Positions 18,217 to 28,500 of a stretch of 64,000 nucleotides of DNA are shown here, in pieces. Position 1 is the first letter of the stretch; the number at the start of each line of letters is the position of its first letter. The stretch is from the IMG/VR virus record IMGVR_UViG_3300025653_003319; one strand, given 5' to 3'. A program made the position numbers and the translations under genes. The stretch is from an uncultured virus (IMG/VR IMGVR_UViG_3300025653_003319) (Duplodnaviria; Heunggongvirae; Uroviricota; Caudoviricetes). The notes beneath the pieces were generated by a model. The model ran no database searches and was not told where the DNA came from. It worked only from the letters and a program-made list of their open reading frames with translations.

Positions 18217-20154
18217 TTATGTGTCTTGAGTAAACCTTTTTGTCCACAATGTAAGGCTGTATTTAACGCCTTCTTCTAGCGGTTCACACACATGAGGATG
18301 TGTAACTTGCCCAGGCCACATCAGCATTAAACCTCGTGGTATATGCCTGTTTGTATAATGCTGTCTAGGAAAAGTTAATTCAGCACCTTGATAATCGTCA
18401 TTTAATTTAACACTACCGCTGACCATACTAGCATCATTATGTAATGCTAATTCTGTTTGTGTATCTAAACTATATCGCATAGCAAAGAAGTCTCTTATAC
18501 CGTACATGCTCATTGGAGGCCAGTATGCTTCCAACTGCGGCCATATGTTTTTAGTTAAATGATTATCTAAGTACTTGTATAGACTTGGGCATAATGTCTT
18601 GATTCTTATTTCTTGTGCCGGATAGGCGTCATCTGGTCTTGGCTCCCAACCGCCTCTGGCATCACAGGCACCAATTAAGTCATCGCACATCTGAGGTGTC
18701 ATGTATTCAAATGCCACAATGTTATCGGCTACTGTCCATATTTTATTGTATCTGGCAATGTTAATTGGAATAACAGCACCCTGATTTAGTATTAAATTTA
18801 CTAATCTTGTGTATGCTTCTTTGTCTTGATCTCCACCATTACCATGTAGCACACAACTATAACAACCTGTTTCTGAATTGTAAACTTGATTATTATCTGA
18901 CACACTTAAACTATTTGCACTACCACTTACACATTGAAAAAGATAGTTTTCTACATCTAATCTAATATTGTATTTGCCACTTAAAAATAATTTTTGGTAA
19001 TAAAGTTGATCGTCATCTTTTTTCTTTATATCGTTTTTGAGCATTTCTTTTATAACAACTGCTCTCCCAATAAATACACCACTGTTTAAATATCTATTTC
19101 TTGTGTGTACTTGTGGAAATTGATCTGCAATAGTATTATCAGGCCATATTATTGGCTCTGCGGCAAATACCACATCTGCTCCAAACTGTTTAAATCTTTT
19201 TATTAATTCATTTTGATTATCGTTTATAACTACATCATAACCATCTACAAACATTACTATATCATGGTCGTCGACATTACGCAACCTACTTCTTAAATAA
19301 TGAACTTTGTGTCCGCCTCCGGGACCATCAGCCATTACACCACCTTCCCATGGCTCGCCAACACCTAACATTTCTAATTCTAGACCATGTACTTCACAAC
19401 TTTTAATTAAGTTTTCTGCTTTAAGACTTTCTGTTGCAACTGTAAGTAATTTAAAATTTTTCCATTCTTTAAATGTAGTTGCGGTTTCTGTGTCGGTTCT
19501 GCCAATTTCTGTTTCTCTTTTGTATGGATGAAAAATATTTTCTTTGTATGCTAGACCTTTTAATTTTGGTAATTCTTTAAACTGTGGATACTTGTCTAAC
19601 AAGGGACTGGTACCTAGCATCATTGGTAAGTATTCATCTGCTGGTATTAAGTTATTTAATCCTACATCATTTAATAACATTTGAGCACCTTGAACACTTA
19701 AGGCATATCCGGCTGTCCAATAGCAGTATCCAGGCGTTTCAAATAAATCATCAAAGCCTACCATTTCCATATCCATATTCCACTTAGACAAATAGACTAA
19801 ATCAAACTCATCAAGTCTTTCTTTTATCTGTGTTAAATTATATTTGTCACTGCTGTGAAATAGATCATCTTCTAAAACAACACCTGGCTCGCCGCTCTTA
19901 ACTATTCTAGACCATGCTACTATGTGACTAAGAATACAACCAACTTCTCCTGTAGTAAGCGGTCTGTCTTCTAATGGGTCTAACCAATTTTTGCATACTT
20001 GCATACCGCTTTTGAGTACTTTGCTATAATCGACTAAATTACCGTCTACTGCTTCAATTCTTTCATAATCTGTTATTTCAAGTTTAGCAAACAAATCAAT
20101 CATGTTTTGATTACGCTCAGGTCTTCTATTTAAATTTATATAATAATGTTTCAT
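18217..20154 (-). CDS. Three-domain fusion: COLGALT-like GT25 + PLOD-type glycosyltransferase + PLOD-type 2OG-Fe(II) lysyl hydroxylase
   Basis: GT25: YINLNRRPER, EAVDG, RPLTTGEVGCILSH, LEDD, YWTAGY, PADEYLP, DTET. PLOD GT: TVAT, LGVGEPWEGG, GGGHKV, FVDGYDV, FAAE, YLNSG, DDDQLYY, HGNG. Hydroxylase: MRY, LHND, YQGA, PGQVTHPH. Start 20154 overlaps the upstream stop (ATGA). Confidence 0.88.
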   Translation of the reverse strand: MKHYYINLNRRPERNQNMIDLFAKLEITDYERIEAVDGNLVDYSKVLKSGMQVCKNWLDPLEDRPLTTGEVGCILSHIVAWSRIVKSGEPGVVLEDDLFHSSDKYNLTQIKERLDEFDLVYLSKWNMDMEMVGFDDLFETPGYCYWTAGYALSVQGAQMLLNDVGLNNLIPADEYLPMMLGTSPLLDKYPQFKELPKLKGLAYKENIFHPYKRETEIGRTDTETATTFKEWKNFKLLTVATESLKAENLIKSCEVHGLELEMLGVGEPWEGGVMADGPGGGHKVHYLRSRLRNVDDHDIVMFVDGYDVVINDNQNELIKRFKQFGADVVFAAEPIIWPDNTIADQFPQVHTRNRYLNSGVFIGRAVVIKEMLKNDIKKKDDDQLYYQKLFLSGKYNIRLDVENYLFQCVSGSANSLSVSDNNQVYNSETGCYSCVLHGNGGDQDKEAYTRLVNLILNQGAVIPINIARYNKIWTVADNIVAFEYMTPQMCDDLIGACDARGGWEPRPDDAYPAQEIRIKTLCPSLYKYLDNHLTKNIWPQLEAYWPPMSMYGIRDFFAMRYSLDTQTELALHNDASMVSGSVKLNDDYQGAELTFPRQHYTNRHIPRGLMLMWPGQVTHPHVCEPLEEGVKYSLTLWTKRFTQDT

Positions 20155-20723
20155 CGCCAATGTGGTCCTTCTACCCAAGTTACTAAACTGTGTCGTAATC
20201 CGCTGGTTACTGGAGTTACTCTATGCCTGTGAAAACTAGGAAATACAATTACGGAACCTTTATTGAATGCTCCATCTGGTAATGCCGGCAACGTATTATC
20301 AAATTCAAACTTACCACCCTCGTATTCACTAGGGTCTGTTAATTGAAATATTATACTAAGTTTTCTATGAAATGCTCTGCTTTCGGCCCAGTCTACATCA
20401 TGGTGCCAATCATACTTACCTGGATTGTCTGGGTCGCCAATATACTTTGTAAACTGTATATCGTTTACATATCGTAAATCTAAATCAAATGAATCTCTGT
20501 TTGCCTGGTTGGCGTAGTGCCAAATTTCTTTGGTTATTGCTTCTTCTGTTTTTGGATTGAGCCAACGTATTTCGCTTTTGCGATACGTTTCGTCATGTGT
20601 TGCATTTTCAAAACCAATAACTGCATCACGTGGTTCATAGTTTTCTAAAGCATAATTAACAATGTAATCACACCAATCAGAACTTAATGCTGAATCAAAA
20701 AATAGCCAATAGTCTCCTTTCAT
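20151..20723 (-). CDS. 2OG-Fe(II) oxygenase, prolyl-4-hydroxylase/PKHD-like
   Basis: RKSEIRW, IQFTKY, YDWHHD (HxD), RKLSII, YEGG, FPSFHRHRVTPVTSGLRHSLVTWVEGP. Confidence 0.9.
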   Translation of the reverse strand: MKGDYWLFFDSALSSDWCDYIVNYALENYEPRDAVIGFENATHDETYRKSEIRWLNPKTEEAITKEIWHYANQANRDSFDLDLRYVNDIQFTKYIGDPDNPGKYDWHHDVDWAESRAFHRKLSIIFQLTDPSEYEGGKFEFDNTLPALPDGAFNKGSVIVFPSFHRHRVTPVTSGLRHSLVTWVEGPHWR

Positions 20724-20759
20724 ACTATTAGTTATCTTAACCTAGGGGGAATTTAAAAA

Positions 20760-22871
20760 TTATTTGACGCCGATTACTACTTCGACTACATCATCATCAA
20801 AAGTGTCTTTGTCTTGTAGTGCTCTACCAATAACACATCTCATGTCGTATTCGTTTTTCATTAATGCTTTTGCATAGCCTGGTTTAGAACCACTTACAAG
20901 TCTTTCACCTTTCTTTATACGACCTTCAACTTTAACAGGTACTCTACCTGTTAGTGCTACTGCAACACCTTCTGCTTCACTGTTCATTAGATAAGCAGGG
21001 TTAGTACTCACTACACCAAATACTTCTGGGTCGTTAAATGAAGTTGTTTGTGTAACTTCTGCACTACCGCCTAGTTTTACAACTGTACCTGGTTCGTAGT
21101 CTGCGTCTGCAGAATATATCTCAGCCAAGTCAGCATATTGAGCCGAAGTTGCTGTACCTTCAAAATAATTACCAATAACATTTGCACTGGTTGTTATATT
21201 TTCGCCTACAAATAATCTTTTCTCTATTACTGCACCACCGGTTGTGTAAAATGATGCACTTGTATCTGACGCACTTGTTGGATTAGCAAGATCTTTTAAT
21301 TTTAATTTCCATAGTTCTGCGTCTCTGCCATCAATAGTTTCGCCTACATATAATTTTTTCTCAATTACTGCACCACCATCTAGATATAATGGGGCACTTA
21401 CATCTGAGTTACTGCTTGGACTTGCTGTACTTGTAAGATTTAGCAAACCAGCAAAGGTCATATTACCAGAAGCATTAATTGTATTAATATATAAATTATT
21501 CCAATAATTTGTACTGGAACCTAAGTTATATGTTGTTGTTGCATCTGGTATTAAATGTGATTTTAGTTGACCATTTATTGTAATATCGTCGGTGTTATTA
21601 TCACCAAGTATCACCGAGCCGTTTAGTGTTGTTAAACCTGAGTTTGTTATACTTCCAAATGAGCCATTGCCTGTTAATATTGCTGTCGTACCTTTAAAAA
21701 TAGTTCCGTCAATATTACCTGTTATTGCCGCTCCACCTGATACTGCTAAACTGCTTGATGTGATAGAACCAGTAGCAATAACATTACCAATGTTAATATT
21801 ACCTGAGCCACCTTGATAATTTGTAACTCTGATTGTGTTTACTGTAGCATCGCTGATATTTGATGTTGTAATAGGAAATGCTGTTGTACCAATTTTTGTT
21901 GTAACGTTGGCGGCAGTTGATCTAACTTCTGCTGTGCCACCTGTTTGGCCTAATGAAAGTATACCATTTACATAAACATTTTGCCATCTATTTGTGCTAC
22001 TACCTAAATCAAATGTATCACCTGAGTCAGGAATAATATCACTTGATGATGTAACAATAGATGTAATGCCAACATTACTAGCACCTATAACTAAATTACC
22101 TGTAATGCCGTCTGCTCTATAGGCTCTGTCTGCTAATGCTATAGATGTATTAGCATACTCCTGCCTTAAGTTCATACCAGGACTGATTTCAATACCAATA
22201 CCGTCTGCTTCTGCTAATTGATCATACCAATTATATGCATCACCATGAGATGAACCTGCGACATCCTTAACAGTGAATGCTGTGTGATCACTAAATATAG
22301 CCATGATAGTTTCACCACCTGGCCTTGTGCTACTAGTTTCACCGTCATTAACATATACTAATGCACTAACGGCTCTTGGAATATCACCGTTGTCTTTTAA
22401 GAATATATTTCTTAATTTAGTACCATAAGAACTTGGTGTATTTAAATTATTTACATTAGTGTATTCATTTGATATTTCACCAGCATAACTACTGTCAACA
22501 TAAGCAACACCGTTGTGTATTTTTAATTTATCATCTGTTGTGTCAAAATACATTGCTCCGGCACTTACTCCGTCTGCAGGTGCACTAGATGATATAACTG
22601 GTGATGTTCTTACCCATGTTGATGTATTATCTTTATAAACTCTTAAAACTTTTTCTGTGGTATCGTACCAAACTTGACCTACTAATGTTGTATTTGGTGT
22701 AGGTGCTAAAGGACTTGCAAAGTTTTCTAAATGTCTTAGACTGTTTTCTGCAAATACCTGGCCATAGTTAGTAACATTCTTACCAACTAATTTTAGGCTA
22801 AAAATATTATTAATTGTACCGTCTTCTACAGTATAACTGACTCCTGTACTTGATGTAATTGTATATGCCAT
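20760..22871 (-). CDS. Tail fibre/spike with C-terminal autocleaving intramolecular chaperone (peptidase G2-like)
   Basis: N-terminal LVGKN..YGQ..LENFA..GQVWY attachment domain, Gly/Thr-rich shaft, C-terminal SAQYADLAE..GVVSTNPAYLMN..GRVPVKV. Confidence 0.8.
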   Translation of the reverse strand: MAYTITSSTGVSYTVEDGTINNIFSLKLVGKNVTNYGQVFAENSLRHLENFASPLAPTPNTTLVGQVWYDTTEKVLRVYKDNTSTWVRTSPVISSSAPADGVSAGAMYFDTTDDKLKIHNGVAYVDSSYAGEISNEYTNVNNLNTPSSYGTKLRNIFLKDNGDIPRAVSALVYVNDGETSSTRPGGETIMAIFSDHTAFTVKDVAGSSHGDAYNWYDQLAEADGIGIEISPGMNLRQEYANTSIALADRAYRADGITGNLVIGASNVGITSIVTSSSDIIPDSGDTFDLGSSTNRWQNVYVNGILSLGQTGGTAEVRSTAANVTTKIGTTAFPITTSNISDATVNTIRVTNYQGGSGNINIGNVIATGSITSSSLAVSGGAAITGNIDGTIFKGTTAILTGNGSFGSITNSGLTTLNGSVILGDNNTDDITINGQLKSHLIPDATTTYNLGSSTNYWNNLYINTINASGNMTFAGLLNLTSTASPSSNSDVSAPLYLDGGAVIEKKLYVGETIDGRDAELWKLKLKDLANPTSASDTSASFYTTGGAVIEKRLFVGENITTSANVIGNYFEGTATSAQYADLAEIYSADADYEPGTVVKLGGSAEVTQTTSFNDPEVFGVVSTNPAYLMNSEAEGVAVALTGRVPVKVEGRIKKGERLVSGSKPGYAKALMKNEYDMRCVIGRALQDKDTFDDDVVEVVIGVK

Positions 22872-24850
22872 TATTTAACTAGAGCCTCCACTGTTCCAGC
22901 ACCTTCGTCTGTTTTTTCCGTAATTGCTATACCTATGCAACTAGGTCCATTAACGTTCATGTTGTTGACTGCCGCTTCGGCATGGCCTGGTTTAGCACTA
23001 TGTACTAGCACATCACCTTTTGATACTGCTCCTACTACTTTGACCGGTACCCTACCTTTAAGTGCAACCGCTGTTACATGGTCGCCTTGTAATTCTGAAT
23101 TCATTAAATATGCAGGATTATGTGATACTACTCCTGCTATTGACGGACTTGCTTTTACATCAGAAGTTGTTACTTCTGCTTCGCCGCCAAATACTAAAAT
23201 TGTTCCTTCTTCATATTCAGCATCTGCCAAATACATTTCTGCCAAGTCAGCATATTGAGCCGAACTTGCTGTTCCACTAAACGTGTTTGCATACATAGTA
23301 CCAAACTTAACACTACTCGAACCTACATTGTAAGTTCCAGTTGGGCCTGTTGCTACAATATTTTTTGTTGTAATATTATTATCGGCTATTGCAGTTACTA
23401 CTCTTGCTGGCGTAAAGTATAAATTTGTTGATCCTTCTGATACATCGTCAGTACTACCACTTAATTCACTTAATGCATCTTTTGTTGCAATTTGTGTGGC
23501 AATGTATGCCTTAACTGATTGCTGAGATGGCGCTCTGGTTGAACTGTTGGTAGCAAAAGTATCTTCATCTATAAGATTGGCTTGTATTCTAGCATCTGCT
23601 AACGTATTAACTTGTGCATCTGTTCTTTGTGTGAAACTGATAACACCAGTACCGCTATTGTATGATAAGTCACCGCTGGCACTAAGATGTGCTCTTACTT
23701 CACTAGCACTCGGACCTGTATATGTAAATACGCCATTACTATATGATAGGCTTCCGTCTCCGCCACTGTCGGTTACTGAAAACTTGCCCCTAATAGTTGC
23801 ATCGGATATACTAAACTGTCCACCCGAATATGTTGTGTTAGTACCTGCTGAAAAATGTGCTCTTACTTCACTGGTACTTGGACCTGTATATGTAAATACT
23901 CCAGCACCATTGTACGCAAATGATCCGTCACCACCTGCATCTGTGGCACTAAAAAATCCTTCTATTTCTGATTCTGTATAAATTTTTTCGTAAGTTGAGC
24001 CGTCTCTTGTTACTTCCCAGTAATCTCCGCTTTCGTTCCATCTTAATTGAACGTTAGTCGATGTACCTCTTTCAACTTCTATACCTGCATTTGCACTTGG
24101 AGTACCTGCTTCGTTGTTGTTAAGAACAATTAAGTTATCATCAACTGTTAATGTTTCAGTGTTAAGAACTGTTTGCGTACCGTTAACTGTTAAGTCACCG
24201 TCAACTACTAAATTGTTAAATTGAACATTGGATGTAGTTTCTACTGCTTGTCCTATAGCAATTTCTCCAGTGCTACTATTATAAGTTACACCAGTACCGC
24301 CTGAAAACTTACTTCTAATAGTTGCATCTGATATTACTAAGTCTATTGCGGCATCATTGGCGTCATCATATGTAGCAGTTATGTTTGTGTGAGTGCCATT
24401 TGTTACTAATTGGGCGGCTGTAATGTCTTGAATATATTCTGTGCCTATTACATTTACCCATGCAGTACCATTATAAATTTTTAAATTTAACTCACCATTG
24501 ATAGTGCTATAATAAAGTTCGCCAGTTTGTATGTTGTTAGATGGCTCAGTTCCAGTTACTTTAGGTACATACGCCAATTGAGTAAAACCTCTGTCACTAT
24601 TTTTACCTCTATAAACTGTTAAATGTTCATCAGCAGTATTGTACCAAAGTTGCCCATTTAATTTAATTGTTGCAACAGGTTCACTAGGACCAGCAAAGTT
24701 TTCTAATTGCCTAATTGTATTTTGTGCAATAATTTGGCCGTAGTTAGTAACATTTTTACCTAGTAATGTTAACGAATATGTAGACTGATCTAACTGATTG
24801 TCATTTACAGTTATTGCAGTTCCTTGCGTATTTGAAAATGTGTAAGCCAT
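22871..24850 (-). CDS. Tail fibre/spike with C-terminal autocleaving chaperone (paralog)
   Basis: Same N- and C-terminal domains as 20760-22871; internal GGDGS..GVFTYTGPS.SEVRAH repeats; AGIEVERG motif. Confidence 0.8.
   Translation of the reverse strand: MAYTFSNTQGTAITVNDNQLDQSTYSLTLLGKNVTNYGQIIAQNTIRQLENFAGPSEPVATIKLNGQLWYNTADEHLTVYRGKNSDRGFTQLAYVPKVTGTEPSNNIQTGELYYSTINGELNLKIYNGTAWVNVIGTEYIQDITAAQLVTNGTHTNITATYDDANDAAIDLVISDATIRSKFSGGTGVTYNSSTGEIAIGQAVETTSNVQFNNLVVDGDLTVNGTQTVLNTETLTVDDNLIVLNNNEAGTPSANAGIEVERGTSTNVQLRWNESGDYWEVTRDGSTYEKIYTESEIEGFFSATDAGGDGSFAYNGAGVFTYTGPSTSEVRAHFSAGTNTTYSGGQFSISDATIRGKFSVTDSGGDGSLSYSNGVFTYTGPSASEVRAHLSASGDLSYNSGTGVISFTQRTDAQVNTLADARIQANLIDEDTFATNSSTRAPSQQSVKAYIATQIATKDALSELSGSTDDVSEGSTNLYFTPARVVTAIADNNITTKNIVATGPTGTYNVGSSSVKFGTMYANTFSGTASSAQYADLAEMYLADAEYEEGTILVFGGEAEVTTSDVKASPSIAGVVSHNPAYLMNSELQGDHVTAVALKGRVPVKVVGAVSKGDVLVHSAKPGHAEAAVNNMNVNGPSCIGIAITEKTDEGAGTVEALVK
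23687..23899. repeat. 45-nt imperfect direct repeat inside a fibre gene
   Basis: 23687-23731 vs 23855-23899, 3 mismatches, 168-nt (56-aa) period. Confidence 0.85.
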
Positions 24851-24859
24851 ATGTTCCTA

Positions 24860-25537
24860 TTAAGTCATTTGTATTCTTAAAGTATAAACTACTTCAATTA
24901 TTCTGTTTGCACTCTTTTGCACAGGGTGAAATACCACATGAGTTAATAGTTCTGAACTACTACTTGCTGTGGTGGCATTATCGCCTGCCGTATAAGTCAT
25001 CAATCCTAGTTCGTCAAATATAAAGTCTCCTTCATTATTTGAACTAGTATCAAAGTTATCTTGTCCTGCAGGTTCACCTAAACCTAATGTACAAGTAACT
25101 TTTAAATCTGTAAATCCAGCACCTTCTATAATTTCAATTTTATTATTTGGTTTTTCAGCATCTGGATTGGCATCTGTATTACTGACTACTTTTGCATAAG
25201 TTTTTCTATACAATGTTGCATCAGTTTCTCTTGTTTCGCTGGTATTAGTACTTTTATAAAGTACTCTACCTGTGCTGTCAACACTAGAAGCACCGTTTCC
25301 AAATGCCATAAAATGTACATAGTCATTTGTTTCTACACCGCCACCTGTGCCTTTTCCTATAGAATTCGCAATCAGATATCCAAGATTTCCATAATGGATA
25401 GCATTTCTTTTGTTTACAATTTCTTCACCAGATTCTTTATCTCTAATAAGAATGTGTCCAGATATGTTAAAACCAACTGTGGTATCAACTTGTTCTGTTT
25501 GTGGCTTATTTTCGTTTGTTGCGTTTTCTTCTTTCAT
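24860..25537 (-). CDS. Putative baseplate/tail structural protein
   Basis: GHILIRD, KRNAIH, MAFGNG, FIFDELGL, LLTHVVFHPVQKSANR; lies between the giant protein and the fibres; late motif upstream. Confidence 0.6.
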   Translation of the reverse strand: MKEENATNENKPQTEQVDTTVGFNISGHILIRDKESGEEIVNKRNAIHYGNLGYLIANSIGKGTGGGVETNDYVHFMAFGNGASSVDSTGRVLYKSTNTSETRETDATLYRKTYAKVVSNTDANPDAEKPNNKIEIIEGAGFTDLKVTCTLGLGEPAGQDNFDTSSNNEGDFIFDELGLMTYTAGDNATTASSSSELLTHVVFHPVQKSANRIIEVVYTLRIQMT

Positions 25538-25541
25538 ATAG

Positions 25542-25550
25542 GTATTTATC
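25542..25550 (-). promoter_or_regulatory. Late-promoter-like motif GATAAATAC
   Basis: TAAATA ends 5 nt before ATG 25537; no Shine-Dalgarno sequence. Confidence 0.65.
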
Positions 25551-25576
25551 TCTTTTTTAAACTACTGCTATAATTA

Positions 25577-28500
25577 CTAGCCAAAGTATGACCCTGGACT
25601 TGCTTGTAGGAATCTTGCTATAGATGTATTAGCATTTGATAGTGGTAATGAAGCACCTCCGCTATCAACATTCCATAAAGTTATCTCTGGATCTGCATTG
25701 GCCCCGTATGCAAATGCACTAGTATTAATGTTATTTGATTCAGTTGCATCGTATACTGACTCTCCTACTGTATGAGGTTCTGCCGATGTACCGTTTGTTC
25801 CTCTTGTTACACCTGTTAAGGTATTGCCTTCAATTCCTTCAAATGTTATTCTTTCGTCTCCAATAAAGACTGCTGTTGCTGGACTTCCTGTATATGGTGG
25901 TGTAATAGTACTTGCATCTGTAATTTGTATTGTCAAACTCTTAGCAGTAATATTTGCCGCTAGTGTTGTTTTATTACTGTCGCTTAGTCTAACATACTCA
26001 GTATTACCGCTCATTCCAACAAATATTTTGTATGAAACATTAGCATTACCGTATGTACCTGCTAATTGTGTAGCACCAGATTTAGGTCTGAATATGCCAT
26101 CTTGATTACCAACTACTGTACCGTCATTATCATATGCTGTCATATTTGATTGAACATTAATCTGCAAACCTTCTAATGGTTTAAATAATGCATGTTCTGG
26201 TGGTATACTAGGTCCTGTTAAACCTGTAAAGAATGTGCTACTATCAAATCCTTGATATGTTAGTGTATCTCTAATTAATTGACTTTGTACTGCGGCATTA
26301 ACTGTGTAATTGTTTACACTTTGCTTAGAATCAAAACCTGAACTATCAAAACCAAACAAGTCGTATCCAAGTCCTGTAGACATTATCTCTTTACCAATAG
26401 AATCATAATATGCTTTTGCAAAAACATTAGCATCTAGTTCTTCACCAAAGAAGTCTGCGTATGCTAGTGTTCTTAATGTTGCATCTCTTGTTGCAATAAA
26501 TCCTGCAATAATATCACTTGAGTATATGCTTGTATTAGCAATTTTCTTAGTTAAATCTGTGACAACTGTATTATGCTTAAACACTCTCTCAATGTGATTT
26601 ATAGGCGTTGCATTACTACTTGCATTGGCTAATTGTTCCATCCTAATAGCACTTGTATTAGATTGTGGCTGTTTATATTTTGATGCCAATTGCACAGTCA
26701 TTATGCCATTTTTATCTGTATGATTATAAATTGGCGATATCTCATCATCTATTCTGTCAATGAATATTTTTTCTGTTATAGTTCTAATCTTTGTACTATT
26801 ATTACTATAATTATTTGACCAGTTGACATATTCGTTATTATTTGTTAAAATACTAACATCTGCAGAATTATTGTCATCAAGTATCTTGGCAGTAGTTGAT
26901 AAGTCTGGCTGATAAGGCGGTCTATCAAAATCTGTTGCAAATGATTTCAGTGAATCAATACTAATCTTTCTATCTTCAAAATCTCTTAATTTACTTGTAT
27001 ACGGTTTGTTTTCTTTAATACTTTTAACAACACTATCAAATGTATCTATTTTAGTTGACGGTGTTTGTATTAAATTTTCTGCACTTTGACGAACATTGAA
27101 GTATGTTGTTTTGAAACACCAGTCTGTTTGATATTGTTCGGTTAATACATAATTTAGCATTGAGAAATATAATCTATTTTCTAAATTAGTGTTCTTAAAT
27201 ATATTATCGCGTATAGCAAATAATAGTTTTCTAAGTTCAGATGCAAGTCCCGGATTTATTGTACCAAAAACACTATCCTTCAGTTTTATTGTACCGCCTA
27301 CAATTTTAACTAAATCATAATCATCTTTTACAGAATCGTATATGTAGAATTTATCTGGATTTGTACCAGTACCGACTAACCTTACAAATGCTCCATCTGG
27401 AATATTTGTCAAGCCTCTCATTTGTTTTATTGATTTAACACTGGCTCTGGATTTAATAGTATTTGTATCATAACCTGTTTCTACCCAATCTATAAATTCA
27501 TAAAAAGCACTGGTTGTTAATGTTGAATTCCATCCTGTATATAAATCATCTGTAAGTTTGATATTTTTCATTATGCTGTTAATAAAGTATACTAACTCTC
27601 TTCTAGCATTTTTTGGATTAACAAACATTGTTTGTCTTGGCCTGATAGATATACCGTATTTTTCAAATTTGTTTAAATATGGATCTGGAACAACCTTTCC
27701 TAATCTGTCTTCTTCAACTAAACTATCAACTAGTTTTTGGAAAAATTCGTCAGGTATCTTACCTGCAATATTATCTTCGCCTAATAGTATATAAGATTCA
27801 TGTTTGTTTTTATATTTGGTTTCAGTTCTTTTGAAGTTTATTTGGAATACACTTTCATCATCTGTTAAGTAAGATTTTACATTATTAAGAACTATACTGT
27901 TGTTGGATATTGCACCAAATGTTGGTATATTTTCTAACTTAGGTGATGCTATTAGTGAAGCAACACTTGAAGCACTTGCTGTCCTACCTTTTACTTGCGG
28001 CACTTCTGTTATATCTTTAACCCAATAATAATATAGATTCGTAAATATGCCTGTACTAGACATATATTTTTGATCTATTAAATATTTTTCTATGTCTAAT
28101 GGGGTGCCTTCTCCACTATATTCTATCGGTGTTTCTGTTGATTCTATCCATTCATATACATCAACCTTTGAGCCGTCTACATATGACCCCCAGTATTGCC
28201 TTCTATAATCATCATCAGATTGTTCATACCATCGTACACGCATATTTGATGTATTCCACCAAAGTTCGCCTACATTTTTACTGTTAAAGTTACTACTATC
28301 GTCTGCATAATAAACAGGGTCACTTTCTGAAATATAAGTTAAGTTTCTTTCTACTTCAGGCATGTGTACATTTTTAAATGGATCATTTAAATATACATCG
28401 GAAATTCTTTCACCTGTAATATTATCGTAAATTAATGCAGATTTAATTTTACTACTATCAACTAATGCGTCTTTTCTGTAAATAACTTTGCCATTCTCTA

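Noticed and set aside
276..20723. Bacterial chromosomal biosynthetic or LPS locus
   Set aside because: It is contiguous with phage fibre genes, shares their late motif and composition, and has no export or housekeeping genes.
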